Shown: positions 18,938 through 28,591 of the stretch, piece after piece
How positions within the stretch are numbered: the stretch's first letter is position 1
Layout of the letters: each line of letters opens with the position of its first letter
Assembly: GCA_964594835.1 (NCBI GenBank)
Contig: CAZQNA010000006.1
Coordinates: 32,001-96,000 of the forward strand
Direction: 5' to 3'
Source: an uncultured Nitrososphaerota archaeon
Lineage (GTDB): Archaea > Korarchaeota > Korarchaeia > Korarchaeales > Korarchaeaceae
Length of the DNA stretch: 64,000 nucleotides
Notes under the pieces: generated by a model
The model's input: the letters and a program-made list of their open reading frames with translations, nothing else
Told to the model about the DNA's origin: nothing
Databases searched by the model: none
Program-made: the position numbers and the translations under genes

Positions 18938-20188
18938 ATGGGCAAGGGACAACTGATTGGAATCTTGGTGGTACTGATCGTCATAATAGCGGGAGTCTGG
19001 TACGCCACGAGGCCCAAGGCCCCGACCACCCCTGCGCCCACGACCCCGGCCCCCACCACGGCCGCCCCGACCACAACCGCGCCCCCTCAGACCACGGCCC
19101 CGCCGAAGAAGGTCAAGGTGGCTGTCATGTTCGACATAGGCGGCAGGGGAGACCTGGGGTTCAACGACATGGCTTGGATGGGGGCTGAGAGGGCCAAGAA
19201 GGACTTCGGCGTCGAGGTCACCTACGTCCAGCCCAGGTCCGAGGCCGACTACATCCCGAGGCTCAGGGAGCTCGCCGGCAGCGGCGAGTACGACCTGATA
19301 GTGGGCGTCGGCTTCCTCCTGACCGACGCCATCCACCAGGTGGCCCAGGAGTACCCGAACCAGTACTTCGCCATAGTCGACTCCCTCACCCCCGACCCCA
19401 ATGTCAGGGGGATCCTGTTCAAGGAGAACGAGGGGTCCGCCCTGGTGGGCATCCTGGCGGCCTATGTGACCGAGAACAACAAGGTTGGCGTCGTCCTGGG
19501 CATGGAGATCCCCGTGCTGTACCACTTCGAGGCCGGCTTCTACTGGGGAGTCAACTACGTCGAGAACAAGACCGGGAAGGATGTCCAGATCATCTACAAG
19601 TACACGGGTAGCTTCGTTGACAGGGCCCTCGGCAAGCAGGTCTCCGAGGGAATGCTGGCCCAGGGGGCCGACGTCCTCTACAACGTCGCCGGCCTGACCG
19701 GCCTCGGAGTCCTCGACGCGGTGCACGACTACAACGTCCAGCACGGCCAGGAGTTCGGCCCGCCCTTCGCAATAGGAGTCGACAGCTGCCAGGACTGGAT
19801 GTACCCAGGCCACGTCATAGCCAGCATGATGAAGAGGGTGGACAACGGCGTCTACTACGCCATCAGGGACGTGGTGTACGGCAACTTCACCGGCGGCATC
19901 ATGGCCTATGGGATAAAGGAGGGAGGCGTGGGCATAAGCGGGCTTGACGAGCTCCAGGCCTTCATGCAGATAGCCCAGGAGATGGGGACGGAGCTCCCCG
20001 ACACCCCCGACAACATAGTGGCCAAGTGGCAGCAGATGAGGGCCGCGTATCCGGAGGAGGTCTGGAACACCATCGAGGAGGTCAAGCAGAAGATAATCAG
20101 CGGCGAGATCCAGATCCCAACGACCGACTCTCCCGAGGAGATCCAGGCCATCAGGCAGAGGTACGGCGTTGGAGTCCTGGGAGGCTGA
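18938..20188 (+). CDS. BMP-family (nucleoside) ABC substrate-binding protein
   Basis: N-terminal TM, Pro/Thr linker, GGRGDLGFND, FKENEGSALVG, AIGVDSCQ, SMMKRVD. Confidence 0.9.
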   Translation: MGKGQLIGILVVLIVIIAGVWYATRPKAPTTPAPTTPAPTTAAPTTTAPPQTTAPPKKVKVAVMFDIGGRGDLGFNDMAWMGAERAKKDFGVEVTYVQPRSEADYIPRLRELAGSGEYDLIVGVGFLLTDAIHQVAQEYPNQYFAIVDSLTPDPNVRGILFKENEGSALVGILAAYVTENNKVGVVLGMEIPVLYHFEAGFYWGVNYVENKTGKDVQIIYKYTGSFVDRALGKQVSEGMLAQGADVLYNVAGLTGLGVLDAVHDYNVQHGQEFGPPFAIGVDSCQDWMYPGHVIASMMKRVDNGVYYAIRDVVYGNFTGGIMAYGIKEGGVGISGLDELQAFMQIAQEMGTELPDTPDNIVAKWQQMRAAYPEEVWNTIEEVKQKIISGEIQIPTTDSPEEIQAIRQRYGVGVLGG

Positions 20189-20270
20189 GCTCCAGCCCCC
20201 ATCTCCCCTTTTTATTATCCAGCCGCGAACCGCCCAGTCGCCTGACTGGCGCGCGGACGGTGATCACGCG

Positions 20271-21839
20271 TTGACCGAATACGCGATAGAGATGAGGGGG
20301 ATGGTGAAGATCTACCCTGGGGGCACGGTGGCCCTCAGGGGGGTGGACTTCGCCGTCCGGGAGGGAGAGATACACGGGCTCCTGGGGGAGAACGGCGCCG
20401 GGAAGACGACCCTGATGGAGATACTGTACGGCACCAGGAGCCCCACGGAGGGCGAGATCCACGTTCGCGGGAGGAGGGTGGAGATCAGGAGCCCGAGGGA
20501 CGCCATGGCCCTAGGCATAGGGATGGTGCACCAGCACTTCACGCTCATACCCGTGTTCACCGCCCTGGAGAACGTGGTCCTGGGGGACGAGCCGGTCAGG
20601 TCGGCCGGACTCCTGGATGTGCAGGCGGCGAGGGCCAGGGTGGAGGAGCTGATGGAGCAGACCGGCCTGCACGTCCCCCTGGACGAGCCCGTCGAGAACC
20701 TGTCCACTGGCGAGAGGCAGAGGATCGAGATACTCAAGATGCTGTATCGAAACGCCGAGATCCTCATTCTGGACGAGCCCACGGCCGTGCTCACACCGCT
20801 GGAGACGAGGGAGCTCTTCGCTTTCCTGAAGAGGATGAAGGAGGAGGGCAGGACCATAGTGTTCATCACACACAAGCTAAGGGAGGTCAAGGCGATCACC
20901 GACAGGGTCACGGTGCTCAGGAGAGGGAGGGTCGTGGGGACCGTGGACACGGCAGAGGTCTCCATGGAGGAGCTGGCCAGGATGATGGTGGGCAGGGAGG
21001 TCCTCTTCAAGCTCGAGAAGAGGCCCAGAGAGCCCGAGGAGCCGAAGCTGATCGTCGAGGACCTCTGGGTCAGGGGCGAGGGCGGAGACTACGCAGTCAA
21101 GGGGGTATCCTTCGAGGTGAGGGGAGGCGAGATATTCGGCATAGCTGGCGTGGAGGGCAACGGGCAGACCGAGCTCGTCGAGGCGATAACCGGTCTCAGG
21201 GCGCCGGAGAGGGGCAGGGTCACCCTGGCGGGGGAGGACGTCACCGGCGTGAAGCCCCACCACCTCTACGCCAGGGGGCTGGGCCACATCCCTGAGGACA
21301 GGCACAGGAGGGGGATAATCCTGGAGTTCACCGTGGCGGAGAACTCGATCCTGGGGCTCCAGAGGCTCCCGCCGTTCATGAACAAGTGGGGGGTCCTCCA
21401 GGAGTCCGTGGTGAGGGACTGGGCCAGGAAGGTCGTCGAGAGGTTCGAGATAGACACGCCAGGCATCGACGCCCTAGCCTCCTCCCTGAGCGGCGGGAAC
21501 CAGCAGAAGCTCATCGTGGGCAGGGAGATCATGAAGGACCCGAAGGTGGTCGTCGCCGCCCAGCCGACAAGGGGGCTGGACGTGGCGGCCACGGAGTACA
21601 TCAGGAGGACCCTGCTGGAGATGAGGGACGAGGGGAGGGCCGTCCTGCTCGTCTCTGCCGACCTGGACGAGGTTCTCATGCTCAGCGACAGGGTCGCCGT
21701 GATGTACGAAGGGGAGCTGATGGGCGTGGTGAGGCCGGAGGAGGTGACGCTGGAGGAGATCGGCATGATGATGGGAGGCGTCAGGCTGGAGGAGGTCAGG
21801 GCGAGGGCCGCGGCGGGGGCCGGCGGGGGAGGTGGTTGA
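20271..21839 (+). CDS. nucleoside/sugar ABC transporter ATP-binding protein (two ATPase domains)
   Basis: GENGAGKTT, HQHF, LDEPT, LSGGNQQK, QPTRGLD; TTG start after GGTGA. Confidence 0.92.
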   Translation: MTEYAIEMRGMVKIYPGGTVALRGVDFAVREGEIHGLLGENGAGKTTLMEILYGTRSPTEGEIHVRGRRVEIRSPRDAMALGIGMVHQHFTLIPVFTALENVVLGDEPVRSAGLLDVQAARARVEELMEQTGLHVPLDEPVENLSTGERQRIEILKMLYRNAEILILDEPTAVLTPLETRELFAFLKRMKEEGRTIVFITHKLREVKAITDRVTVLRRGRVVGTVDTAEVSMEELARMMVGREVLFKLEKRPREPEEPKLIVEDLWVRGEGGDYAVKGVSFEVRGGEIFGIAGVEGNGQTELVEAITGLRAPERGRVTLAGEDVTGVKPHHLYARGLGHIPEDRHRRGIILEFTVAENSILGLQRLPPFMNKWGVLQESVVRDWARKVVERFEIDTPGIDALASSLSGGNQQKLIVGREIMKDPKVVVAAQPTRGLDVAATEYIRRTLLEMRDEGRAVLLVSADLDEVLMLSDRVAVMYEGELMGVVRPEEVTLEEIGMMMGGVRLEEVRARAAAGAGGGGG

Positions 21840-22968
21840 GGTGAGGCTGGACCTCAGGCAGTACGCGAAGCCGATCGCCGAGTCCGTCCTCTCCGTCCTG
21901 ATAGGGGTGGGCATCGGCACCCTCCTGGTCATCCTGGCAGGCTACAGCCCGATCGTGTTCTTCAAGGCCCTCTTCGGCGGGGCGCTGAGGAGCAGGAACG
22001 CCTTCCTGGACATGCTCAGCTACATGGTCCCCCTGACCCTGACGGCCATCTCCTTCGCGGTGGCGGCCAGGGCGTCGGTGTTCAACATAGGGGCCGAGGG
22101 GCAGATGTACATCGGAGCCCTCGTGGCCAACGCCATAGGGGTGATGGCCCTCCCGAGGGGGGTCCACCAGCTCGTGGCCATCGTGGCGGCCTTCCTGGCC
22201 GGCGGGTTCTGGGGGTGGATAGCTGGCATACTGAAGGCGAAGAGGCAGGTTAACGAGGTGGTCTCCACAATAATGCTCAACTGGCTGGCCTTCTACCTGG
22301 TCAACTATATGGCCACCTATCACCTCTACGACCCGAAGGCCCCCTACAAGACCGAGTACGTCAGGGAGACCGCGAGGCTCCCGGAACTCATCCCCAGGAC
22401 CTCTCTGACCCTCGACTGGGTGCTGACGATACTCATAGCGTTCCTCATATTCTTCCTAGTGTGGAAGACCTCCCTCGGCTACGAGATCAGGGCCACCGGG
22501 ATAAACCCGACTGCCGCCGAGTACGGGGGCGTGGACCCGTCAAGGGTCATCTCCGTGTCCATGTTCCTGGCCGGCGGGTCTGGAGGCCTGGCAGGCGCCT
22601 TCCTGGTGCTAGGCAGGTTCGGCTTCATCACCACGACCCTCACCAACATACTCAACTGGGGGTTCGACGGGATCGCCGTCTCCCTGGTCGGGAGGAACCA
22701 CCCGATAGGGATACTCTTCTCGGCCCTGTTCTTCGCGCTCCTGTACAACGGCGCCCTAGAGGTCCAGGTGGCGACGGCCACGGGCGGCAAGACTGGGGTG
22801 CCGATAGAGCTTGTCCTGGCCGTCATGGGGATCATAGTGATCGCGGTAGCGGTGCCGGGTCTCTGGGACATGGTGCAGGAGAGGCTCAGGATCAGGAGGC
22901 GCAGGGTCGAGGTCCGGGCGGAGGCCGAGGGGGCGGCCCCCGGCGCTGGGGAGGGGGAGGTGAGCTGA
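21832..22968 (+). CDS. nucleoside ABC transporter permease
   Basis: FNIGAEGQ, NEVVSTIMLN, GFDGIAVSLVG. Confidence 0.9.
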   Translation: MVEVRLDLRQYAKPIAESVLSVLIGVGIGTLLVILAGYSPIVFFKALFGGALRSRNAFLDMLSYMVPLTLTAISFAVAARASVFNIGAEGQMYIGALVANAIGVMALPRGVHQLVAIVAAFLAGGFWGWIAGILKAKRQVNEVVSTIMLNWLAFYLVNYMATYHLYDPKAPYKTEYVRETARLPELIPRTSLTLDWVLTILIAFLIFFLVWKTSLGYEIRATGINPTAAEYGGVDPSRVISVSMFLAGGSGGLAGAFLVLGRFGFITTTLTNILNWGFDGIAVSLVGRNHPIGILFSALFFALLYNGALEVQVATATGGKTGVPIELVLAVMGIIVIAVAVPGLWDMVQERLRIRRRRVEVRAEAEGAAPGAGEGEVS

Positions 22969-22969
22969 C

Positions 22970-23869
22970 GTGCAGGTGGCCGAGCTCCTGAAGTTCCTGC
23001 TGTACCCGACCTTCTACGCCGGCATGCTGAGGATGATGGTCCCCATCACCCTCGGGGCCGTGGGAGAGATCATCAGCGAGAGGTCCGGAGTCGTGAACAT
23101 AGGCCTGGAGGGCATAATGATGCTCGGGGCCCTGGTATCCACGTACGTGGGCCACTTCACGGGCAGCATGACGCTGGCCATGATCTCTGGGCTAGTCGTC
23201 GGCCTGGCCGCGGGGCTCCTGCACGCGGGCATAGCCGTGAACCTGGCCGGAGATCAGATCATAGACGGCGTCGGGCTGAACCTCTTCGCCGTAGGAATGG
23301 GGGAGGTCCTCCTCTACCTGACCTGGGGCAGCTTCGCCACCAGCCCCCAGCTCCCGCCGGAGGTCAGGGTGCCGAGCATCCACGGCTTCAGCCCGTTCGT
23401 CATCCTGACGCTCCTGGTCGCGGCTGCGACCTGGGCGATAGTGGAGAAGACCAGGTGGGGGCTGAGGCTCAAGGCCGTGGGGGAGGACCCGGTGGCGGCC
23501 GAGGCGGCCGGCATAGACGTCTTTAGGGTCAGGACCATAGCGACCGTGGTGGGCTCCCTCCTCACCGCCAGCGCGGGAGTCTTCCTCTCCCTCGACTGGC
23601 TGGGGGCTTACACCAAGAACATCAGCGCCGGCAGGGGGTTCATAGCACTGGCCCTCGTCGTGTTCAGCAGGTGGAACCCGCTCACCGCCCTGCTAGGCGG
23701 CCTGATATTCGGGTTCCTCTTCCAGCTGAGCCAGTCCATACCCAGCGGCGTAGTCCCCGACCAGATACTGTGGGCCCTGCCGTACCTGGTCACCCTGCTG
23801 ATATCGGCCGGCTTCCTGGCGAAGGCCAGGCCGCCCGGCGCCGTGGGCAGGCCCTACAAGAGGGTGTGA
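22970..23869 (+). CDS. nucleoside ABC transporter permease
   Basis: SERSGVVNIGLEG, GLRLKAVGE, AGRGFIALA, LPYLVT. Confidence 0.9.
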   Translation: MQVAELLKFLLYPTFYAGMLRMMVPITLGAVGEIISERSGVVNIGLEGIMMLGALVSTYVGHFTGSMTLAMISGLVVGLAAGLLHAGIAVNLAGDQIIDGVGLNLFAVGMGEVLLYLTWGSFATSPQLPPEVRVPSIHGFSPFVILTLLVAAATWAIVEKTRWGLRLKAVGEDPVAAEAAGIDVFRVRTIATVVGSLLTASAGVFLSLDWLGAYTKNISAGRGFIALALVVFSRWNPLTALLGGLIFGFLFQLSQSIPSGVVPDQILWALPYLVTLLISAGFLAKARPPGAVGRPYKRV

Positions 23870-23906
23870 CGGGGCCTCGGCCCCTCCCCCACCCTTTGTC
23901 CCTGGG

Positions 23907-25535
23907 TCAGATCTCCTCCCCCCTGCACGCCCTGAGGAAGGCCGTGAAGAGGGGGTGGGGTCTGAGGACCCTTGATTTGAACTCCGGGTGGGCCTGAGTC
24001 GCCACGAAGAAGGGGTGCCCTGGTAGCTCTATGAACTCGACCAGCCTCCCGTCCGGGGACCTGCCCGAGAACACGAGGCCGCCCCCCTCCAGCGCCCCGT
24101 GGTACTCGGGGTTCACCTCGTACCTGTGCCTGTGCCTCTCGTGCACCGGCTCGGCCCCCCCGTAGGCCCTCCAGACCAGGGTACCGGGCCTGAGGACCGC
24201 CGGGTGGGAGCCCAGCCTCATGGTCCCGCCCTTCTCACCAACCCCCCTCTGCTCCGGCAGGAGGTCGACCACCGGGTGCGGGGTCTCCGGGTCTATCTCG
24301 GTGGAGTTGGCGCCCTCCAGGCCGCAGACGTGGCGGGCGAACTCCACGACAGCCAGCTGGAGGCCGAAGCACAGGCCCAGAAAAGGCACTCCGCGCTCCC
24401 GCGCCCACCCTATGGCCGCCACCTTCCCCTCCGCCCCCCTCCTCCCGAACCCGCCGGGCACTATCAGGCCGTCCACCCCCTCCAGCGCCTCCTCCAGCCC
24501 AACCCTCCCCTCCTCCAGGTCCGTCGACTCGACCCACCTGACCTGGGTCCTCAGGCCCAGGTGCATGCTCGCGTGCTCTATCGCCGCGGTGAGGGAGGCG
24601 TAGGCGTCGCGGAGGTGCGTGTACTTCCCCACTATCGCCACCTCCACCTCCTCCTCGGCCGACTCCCACCTCTCCAGGAGTTCCCGCAGCTCCCGCAGCC
24701 CCTCCCCTCCCCCGGGGAGGCCGAGGAGCTCCGCCACCCTGTCGTCGATCCCCTGCTCCTCGAGCCTCAGGGGGACCTCGTAGGGCCTATCAACGTCGGG
24801 GTCGGAGATCACGTTCTCCTCCCTGACCCCGCAGAGGAGGGCTATCTTCTGGCGCGCCTTCTCCTCAAGTGGCCTCCTGGACCTGGCGACGATGATGTCG
24901 GGGTCTATCCCCATGGACCTGAGCGTCACCACCGAGTGCTGGGTGGGCTTGGTCTTCTGCTCTCCGGAGGGGAGTTCGGGGACGAGGGTGACGTGAACGA
25001 AGGCGAACCTGTCCCTCCCGAGCTCCGAGGCCAGCTGGCGTATGGCCTCGATGAAGTAGGCGTTCTCTATGTCCCCCACGGTCCCGCCCACTTCGACTAT
25101 CACGACGTCGGCCCCCCTCCTCTCCGCCACCTCCAGGATCCACCTCTTCGCCTCCCCGGTCACGTGGGGGATGAACTGGACCGTCTTGCCCAGGTACTCC
25201 CCCCTCCTCTCCTTCGAGATTACGGAGAGCAGGAGCTTGCCGGAGGTGATGTTGTTGTCCCCCTCCAGGGTCTCGTCCATGTACCTCTCGTAGGTGCCGA
25301 GGTCCATGTCGCACTCCGTCCCGTCGTCCAGCACGTAGACCTCCCCGTGCTCGTAGGGGTTCATGGTCCCGGCGTCCACGTTGAGGTAGCCGTCGAACTT
25401 GATGGGCGTGACCCTGAGGCCTCTGGACTTCAGGAGCATGCCCAGGCTCGCGGCGACCAGGCCCTTCCCCAGGCCAGAGAGCACCCCTCCCGTGATCACC
25501 ACGAACCTCGGGGATCCTGATCTCAACGAGCGCAT
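23907..25535 (-). CDS. pyrG: CTP synthase
   Basis: TGGVLSGLGKG, MNPYEHGE, KTKPTQHSV, GLCFGLQ, ERHRHRYE, QAHPEF. Confidence 0.97.
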   Translation of the reverse strand: MRSLRSGSPRFVVITGGVLSGLGKGLVAASLGMLLKSRGLRVTPIKFDGYLNVDAGTMNPYEHGEVYVLDDGTECDMDLGTYERYMDETLEGDNNITSGKLLLSVISKERRGEYLGKTVQFIPHVTGEAKRWILEVAERRGADVVIVEVGGTVGDIENAYFIEAIRQLASELGRDRFAFVHVTLVPELPSGEQKTKPTQHSVVTLRSMGIDPDIIVARSRRPLEEKARQKIALLCGVREENVISDPDVDRPYEVPLRLEEQGIDDRVAELLGLPGGGEGLRELRELLERWESAEEEVEVAIVGKYTHLRDAYASLTAAIEHASMHLGLRTQVRWVESTDLEEGRVGLEEALEGVDGLIVPGGFGRRGAEGKVAAIGWARERGVPFLGLCFGLQLAVVEFARHVCGLEGANSTEIDPETPHPVVDLLPEQRGVGEKGGTMRLGSHPAVLRPGTLVWRAYGGAEPVHERHRHRYEVNPEYHGALEGGGLVFSGRSPDGRLVEFIELPGHPFFVATQAHPEFKSRVLRPHPLFTAFLRACRGEEI

Positions 25536-25665
25536 CTCTCCCCCCCGCTTAGCTAAAAGCTGCCATGGTCCCCCTTCCGATCCGCGGCCCGGGTCGGGCG
25601 GCGCCCGGGCCGCGCCCGCGCGGCGCCCTTAAGGTCCGACCGGAGCCAGCCGGCTCGGTGTCGAG

Positions 25666-26865
25666 ATGAGGGCTGCAGGCGCTCTCGCTCTCGGCCGCGC
25701 GCGCCCGGCCCAGGGGCCGGCGGCGATCGCGGCCCTAGTTCTGTCCCTCTCGCTGGTCGCGGCCGCTGCTGTACCGACCGAGCTGACGCTCGCGTCCGCC
25801 GCAGGCGCGACCACCGCTGAGTACCTGCTCGACCTCTACAACGCCACCAGGGCCCGGCTCTTGGACATGGCCTCCATGGTGGAGGGGGCTGAGATTCAGG
25901 TTCAGATAGAGGTAGAGGTCAACGTTCAGATAGAGGTAGAGGTCAACGCGTCCTCCAACATGAGCGCAGCCCCGAGCTCCACGAACGAGACCTCGGCGGC
26001 TGGGAACTACACCCACGCTGCCTGCGCCAACCTCATGTCCCTGGTCGAGGCCTCGATCGCCAGGGGAGACGAGCTGGCCTCGCAGGCCAGGGCGGCCCTA
26101 GAGGCCGGAGACTACCGGGGAGCCGCCTCCCTCGCGGTGAGGGCCATAAACTCCCTCACCCCGGCGTTCGTCCACGTGACGATCTGCCTGAACTGGAACC
26201 TCCACTCGGCTAGAGGGGGGAATCAGACCCAGGCCAACGTCACTTCCCCCTCTCACGTCCCGCTGGGCCTTATGGCGGCCGTGACGAGGCACGAGCTGAG
26301 GCTCTCAAGGCTGATGGCCGCAGCCCAGGCCGCGGAGGACGCTGGAATGAACGTCTCCGGGGCGGAGGAGTTTCTAGAGCAGGCCGAGGAGTTACTGGCC
26401 TCCTCTAGGGAGGAGGCCCTGGCGGGGAACGTCACAGGGGCCACAGCACTGATGGCCGAGGCCAACCGCCTGATGTCCCAGGCGGTCAGAGTCCTGCACA
26501 CCGCCTCCGCCAGGGCCGCCGAGAGGAAGGCGGCCAGGCTCTGCCAGCAGGGAGGGAACTGCACGCTGTCGGTCCTCAACCTCACCCAGGTCAACCTGGG
26601 CGTCAAGAAGGCCTTGGAGGTCAGGTGCAGGGGCCTGGGGGCGAGGGTCAACCTGACCTTCTCATCACCGCCGGGGCTGGCGAAGAAGCTGGGCGGGACC
26701 GGCTCGGGTGAGAAGCACCCCTCGACGACTCCCGGCCAGGGCCGCGGACACGGCGCCTCGAAGCAGGGGGAGAAGGAGAAGGGCTGGGAGAGGCACAGGG
26801 GAGAGCACCCCGAGCAGGCTGGCGAGGCGAAGGAAAAGCCCATGCCGGGCCACGGGAAGGGGTGA
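25666..26865 (+). CDS. secreted helical glycoprotein of unknown function
   Basis: Signal-like N-terminus, many N-x-S/T sequons, Ala-rich helices, PPGLAKK then His/Lys/Gly-rich tail. Confidence 0.6.
   Translation: MRAAGALALGRARPAQGPAAIAALVLSLSLVAAAAVPTELTLASAAGATTAEYLLDLYNATRARLLDMASMVEGAEIQVQIEVEVNVQIEVEVNASSNMSAAPSSTNETSAAGNYTHAACANLMSLVEASIARGDELASQARAALEAGDYRGAASLAVRAINSLTPAFVHVTICLNWNLHSARGGNQTQANVTSPSHVPLGLMAAVTRHELRLSRLMAAAQAAEDAGMNVSGAEEFLEQAEELLASSREEALAGNVTGATALMAEANRLMSQAVRVLHTASARAAERKAARLCQQGGNCTLSVLNLTQVNLGVKKALEVRCRGLGARVNLTFSSPPGLAKKLGGTGSGEKHPSTTPGQGRGHGASKQGEKEKGWERHRGEHPEQAGEAKEKPMPGHGKG
25900..25947 (+). repeat. exact 24-bp tandem duplication (in frame)
   Basis: GTTCAGATAGAGGTAGAGGTCAAC x2, encoding VQIEVEVN twice. 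Confidence 0.95.
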
Positions 26866-27284
26866 CCCTACACAACCCTCCATCGCCCAGGTCGGGGCCC
26901 AGTTAAGGAGGGCCCCCTTCGGCCTCGTCTCGTGGGGGAGGGCAGTCTCGCCGTCCTCTCCCTACCCCCTGTTTTCCCTCTTTCTGAAGGCCCCTGGGGC
27001 GTTTACCGGCCGTGAAGGCGACTGAAGATCGTAATGCTCAGATCCCTCTGGGGACGGATTATGCCCGCCCTGCTGTCGCGAAAGCAAAATTTCGCGACTC
27101 TCATCGAGGGTGGTAGATCGACCGGCCTAGGTTAGTCTCCTACCCCCTGCGCAAAATCAGTCATCCCTGCCGTCTCAGTTCTCATCGAGGCGGCCTTGCG
27201 GCCGCCGCTGCCCTCTAAAGGCGCCTCCTAGATATGTCCCATTCACCGGGCCGGGTGACATCCCACAGATATTCCCCTAATTTG

Positions 27285-27315
27285 GTGGGAAATCTTATAC
27301 CTTGAACTTTCCCAC
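27285..27315. promoter_or_regulatory. vapBC-1 promoter with inverted-repeat operator
   Basis: GTGGGAAA...TTTCCCAC flanking the CTTATA box upstream of the antitoxin. Confidence 0.55.
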
Positions 27316-27323
27316 AACCCGAG

Positions 27324-27560
27324 ATGGCGGAGGAGGTCACGATCGATGACAGGGGGAGGGTGCTGATCCCCGCAGAGATCAGGAGGAGGTTGAGGCTCAG
27401 GCCCGGCCAGAGGCTGAGGATCGGAGTATCGGGAACCAGCGTGGTGCTCACGCCTGTTGTACCGAAGCCGAGGAGGGTCAGAGCGAACAGGCGGTGGGGG
27501 TCCGAGGCCTTCTTGGACGCGGGAGAGGCCACCTTTGGAGGGGAAGGTCTGGGACGTTAA
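27324..27560 (+). CDS. vapB: AbrB/MazE/SpoVT-type antitoxin
   Basis: TIDDRGRVLIPAEIRRRL; overlaps the PIN gene. Confidence 0.88.
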   Translation: MAEEVTIDDRGRVLIPAEIRRRLRLRPGQRLRIGVSGTSVVLTPVVPKPRRVRANRRWGSEAFLDAGEATFGGEGLGR

Positions 27561-28002
27561 CGTGCTGGCCATCTACCTGGTCGAGGATCACCCCGGCAAC
27601 CCCTACGTGTCCGGGGCCGTGGAGGAGGGGCTGGCCGGCGCGTACACCCCCGTGGTGCTGGGGTCGCTCCCCCTCAGGGTCTTCTGGGTGCTCACCTCCA
27701 GGTGGGGGATAGGCAGGGCGGAGGCGGCGGAGGCCGTGGCAGACTTCCTCAGGAAGTACGACTCCCCGGAGTACGTTGACCTGAGGCGAGAGTCCGTTGA
27801 GAGGGCTTTCGAGCTGGCTGACGAGCTCGGCCACGATGTCTACGACTGCGCGTACCTCGCCCTGGCCCTGCAGGAGGGGGCCTCGGCCATAGTCACCACG
27901 GACACGGACTTCGAGCGCCTCGCCCCGGCGGTCGGGCTGAGGTACGAGAACCCGGTCCCGCCCGAGGTCCTGAGGAGATTCTCGGTGTTTGGCAGGCGAT
28001 AG
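27535..28002 (+). CDS. vapC: PIN-domain ribonuclease toxin
   Basis: VWDVNVL...VYDCAYLALA...IVTTDTDF; TTG start inside the antitoxin. Confidence 0.88.
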   Translation: MEGKVWDVNVLAIYLVEDHPGNPYVSGAVEEGLAGAYTPVVLGSLPLRVFWVLTSRWGIGRAEAAEAVADFLRKYDSPEYVDLRRESVERAFELADELGHDVYDCAYLALALQEGASAIVTTDTDFERLAPAVGLRYENPVPPEVLRRFSVFGRR

Positions 28003-28059
28003 GGGGTAGGGCGCCGCCCAATCGCTCAGCTCCCCAGAGCCCGATTGGCGGGTCTGTGT

Positions 28060-28539
28060 TCACTCTATCAGGAGGACCCCGTATGCCGCCCTCTCGGAGA
28101 AGTCGAGCTTGACCACAGAGTCTAGCTCCAGCCCGACGGCGCAGGTGGCGGGCCTGACCAGGTGGGGCGTCGGGCACTCCCCCCGCCCCTCGAGGACCGG
28201 GCACGGATCGCAGAGCCTGCAGGGCCCGGGGAACAGGGCGAAGGCGTAGAGCTTGCCGCCTAGGGTGAGCCCCCTCTCCCTGTCCAGAAGCCACCTCTGG
28301 GCCTCAGCCTCGAACCTCTCCCAGGGCTCCCCCTCCTCCGGCTCGAACCTCACCACTAGGGCCCGCCGGAAGTGGGAGGCCCACTCCCCCGCCTCCCTCC
28401 AGTCTGGAGACGCTGGAGGACATGACGGGGACCTACCGCGGAACTCACACGCCAGGCACTTCCAGACCGGCCTGGGCGTGAACCTCAAGCTCTGGGCCTC
28501 GACCTCCCTCGCCCAGGCGACCCTCAACCGACCCCTCAC
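28060..28539 (-). CDS. DUF2284-like predicted metal-binding protein
   Basis: WKC..C..SCPP, GPCRLC..C...C..RP..AVG; start inferred from TATA position. Confidence 0.75.
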   Translation of the reverse strand: MRGRLRVAWAREVEAQSLRFTPRPVWKCLACEFRGRSPSCPPASPDWREAGEWASHFRRALVVRFEPEEGEPWERFEAEAQRWLLDRERGLTLGGKLYAFALFPGPCRLCDPCPVLEGRGECPTPHLVRPATCAVGLELDSVVKLDFSERAAYGVLLIE

Positions 28540-28591
28540 CCACTCGACCCCGAGGCGCCCGCCTATATTCACCCACCTTCCTAGGCCGAGC

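Noticed and set aside
19020-19105. Repetitive ACC/CCC-rich DNA as a mobile or regulatory repeat
   Set aside because: It encodes the ordinary Pro/Thr linker of an archaeal solute-binding protein
25583-25613. GC hairpin between pyrG and the secreted protein as an RNA gene
   Set aside because: Almost pure G/C, so pairing is expected by chance; no tRNA or sRNA motifs
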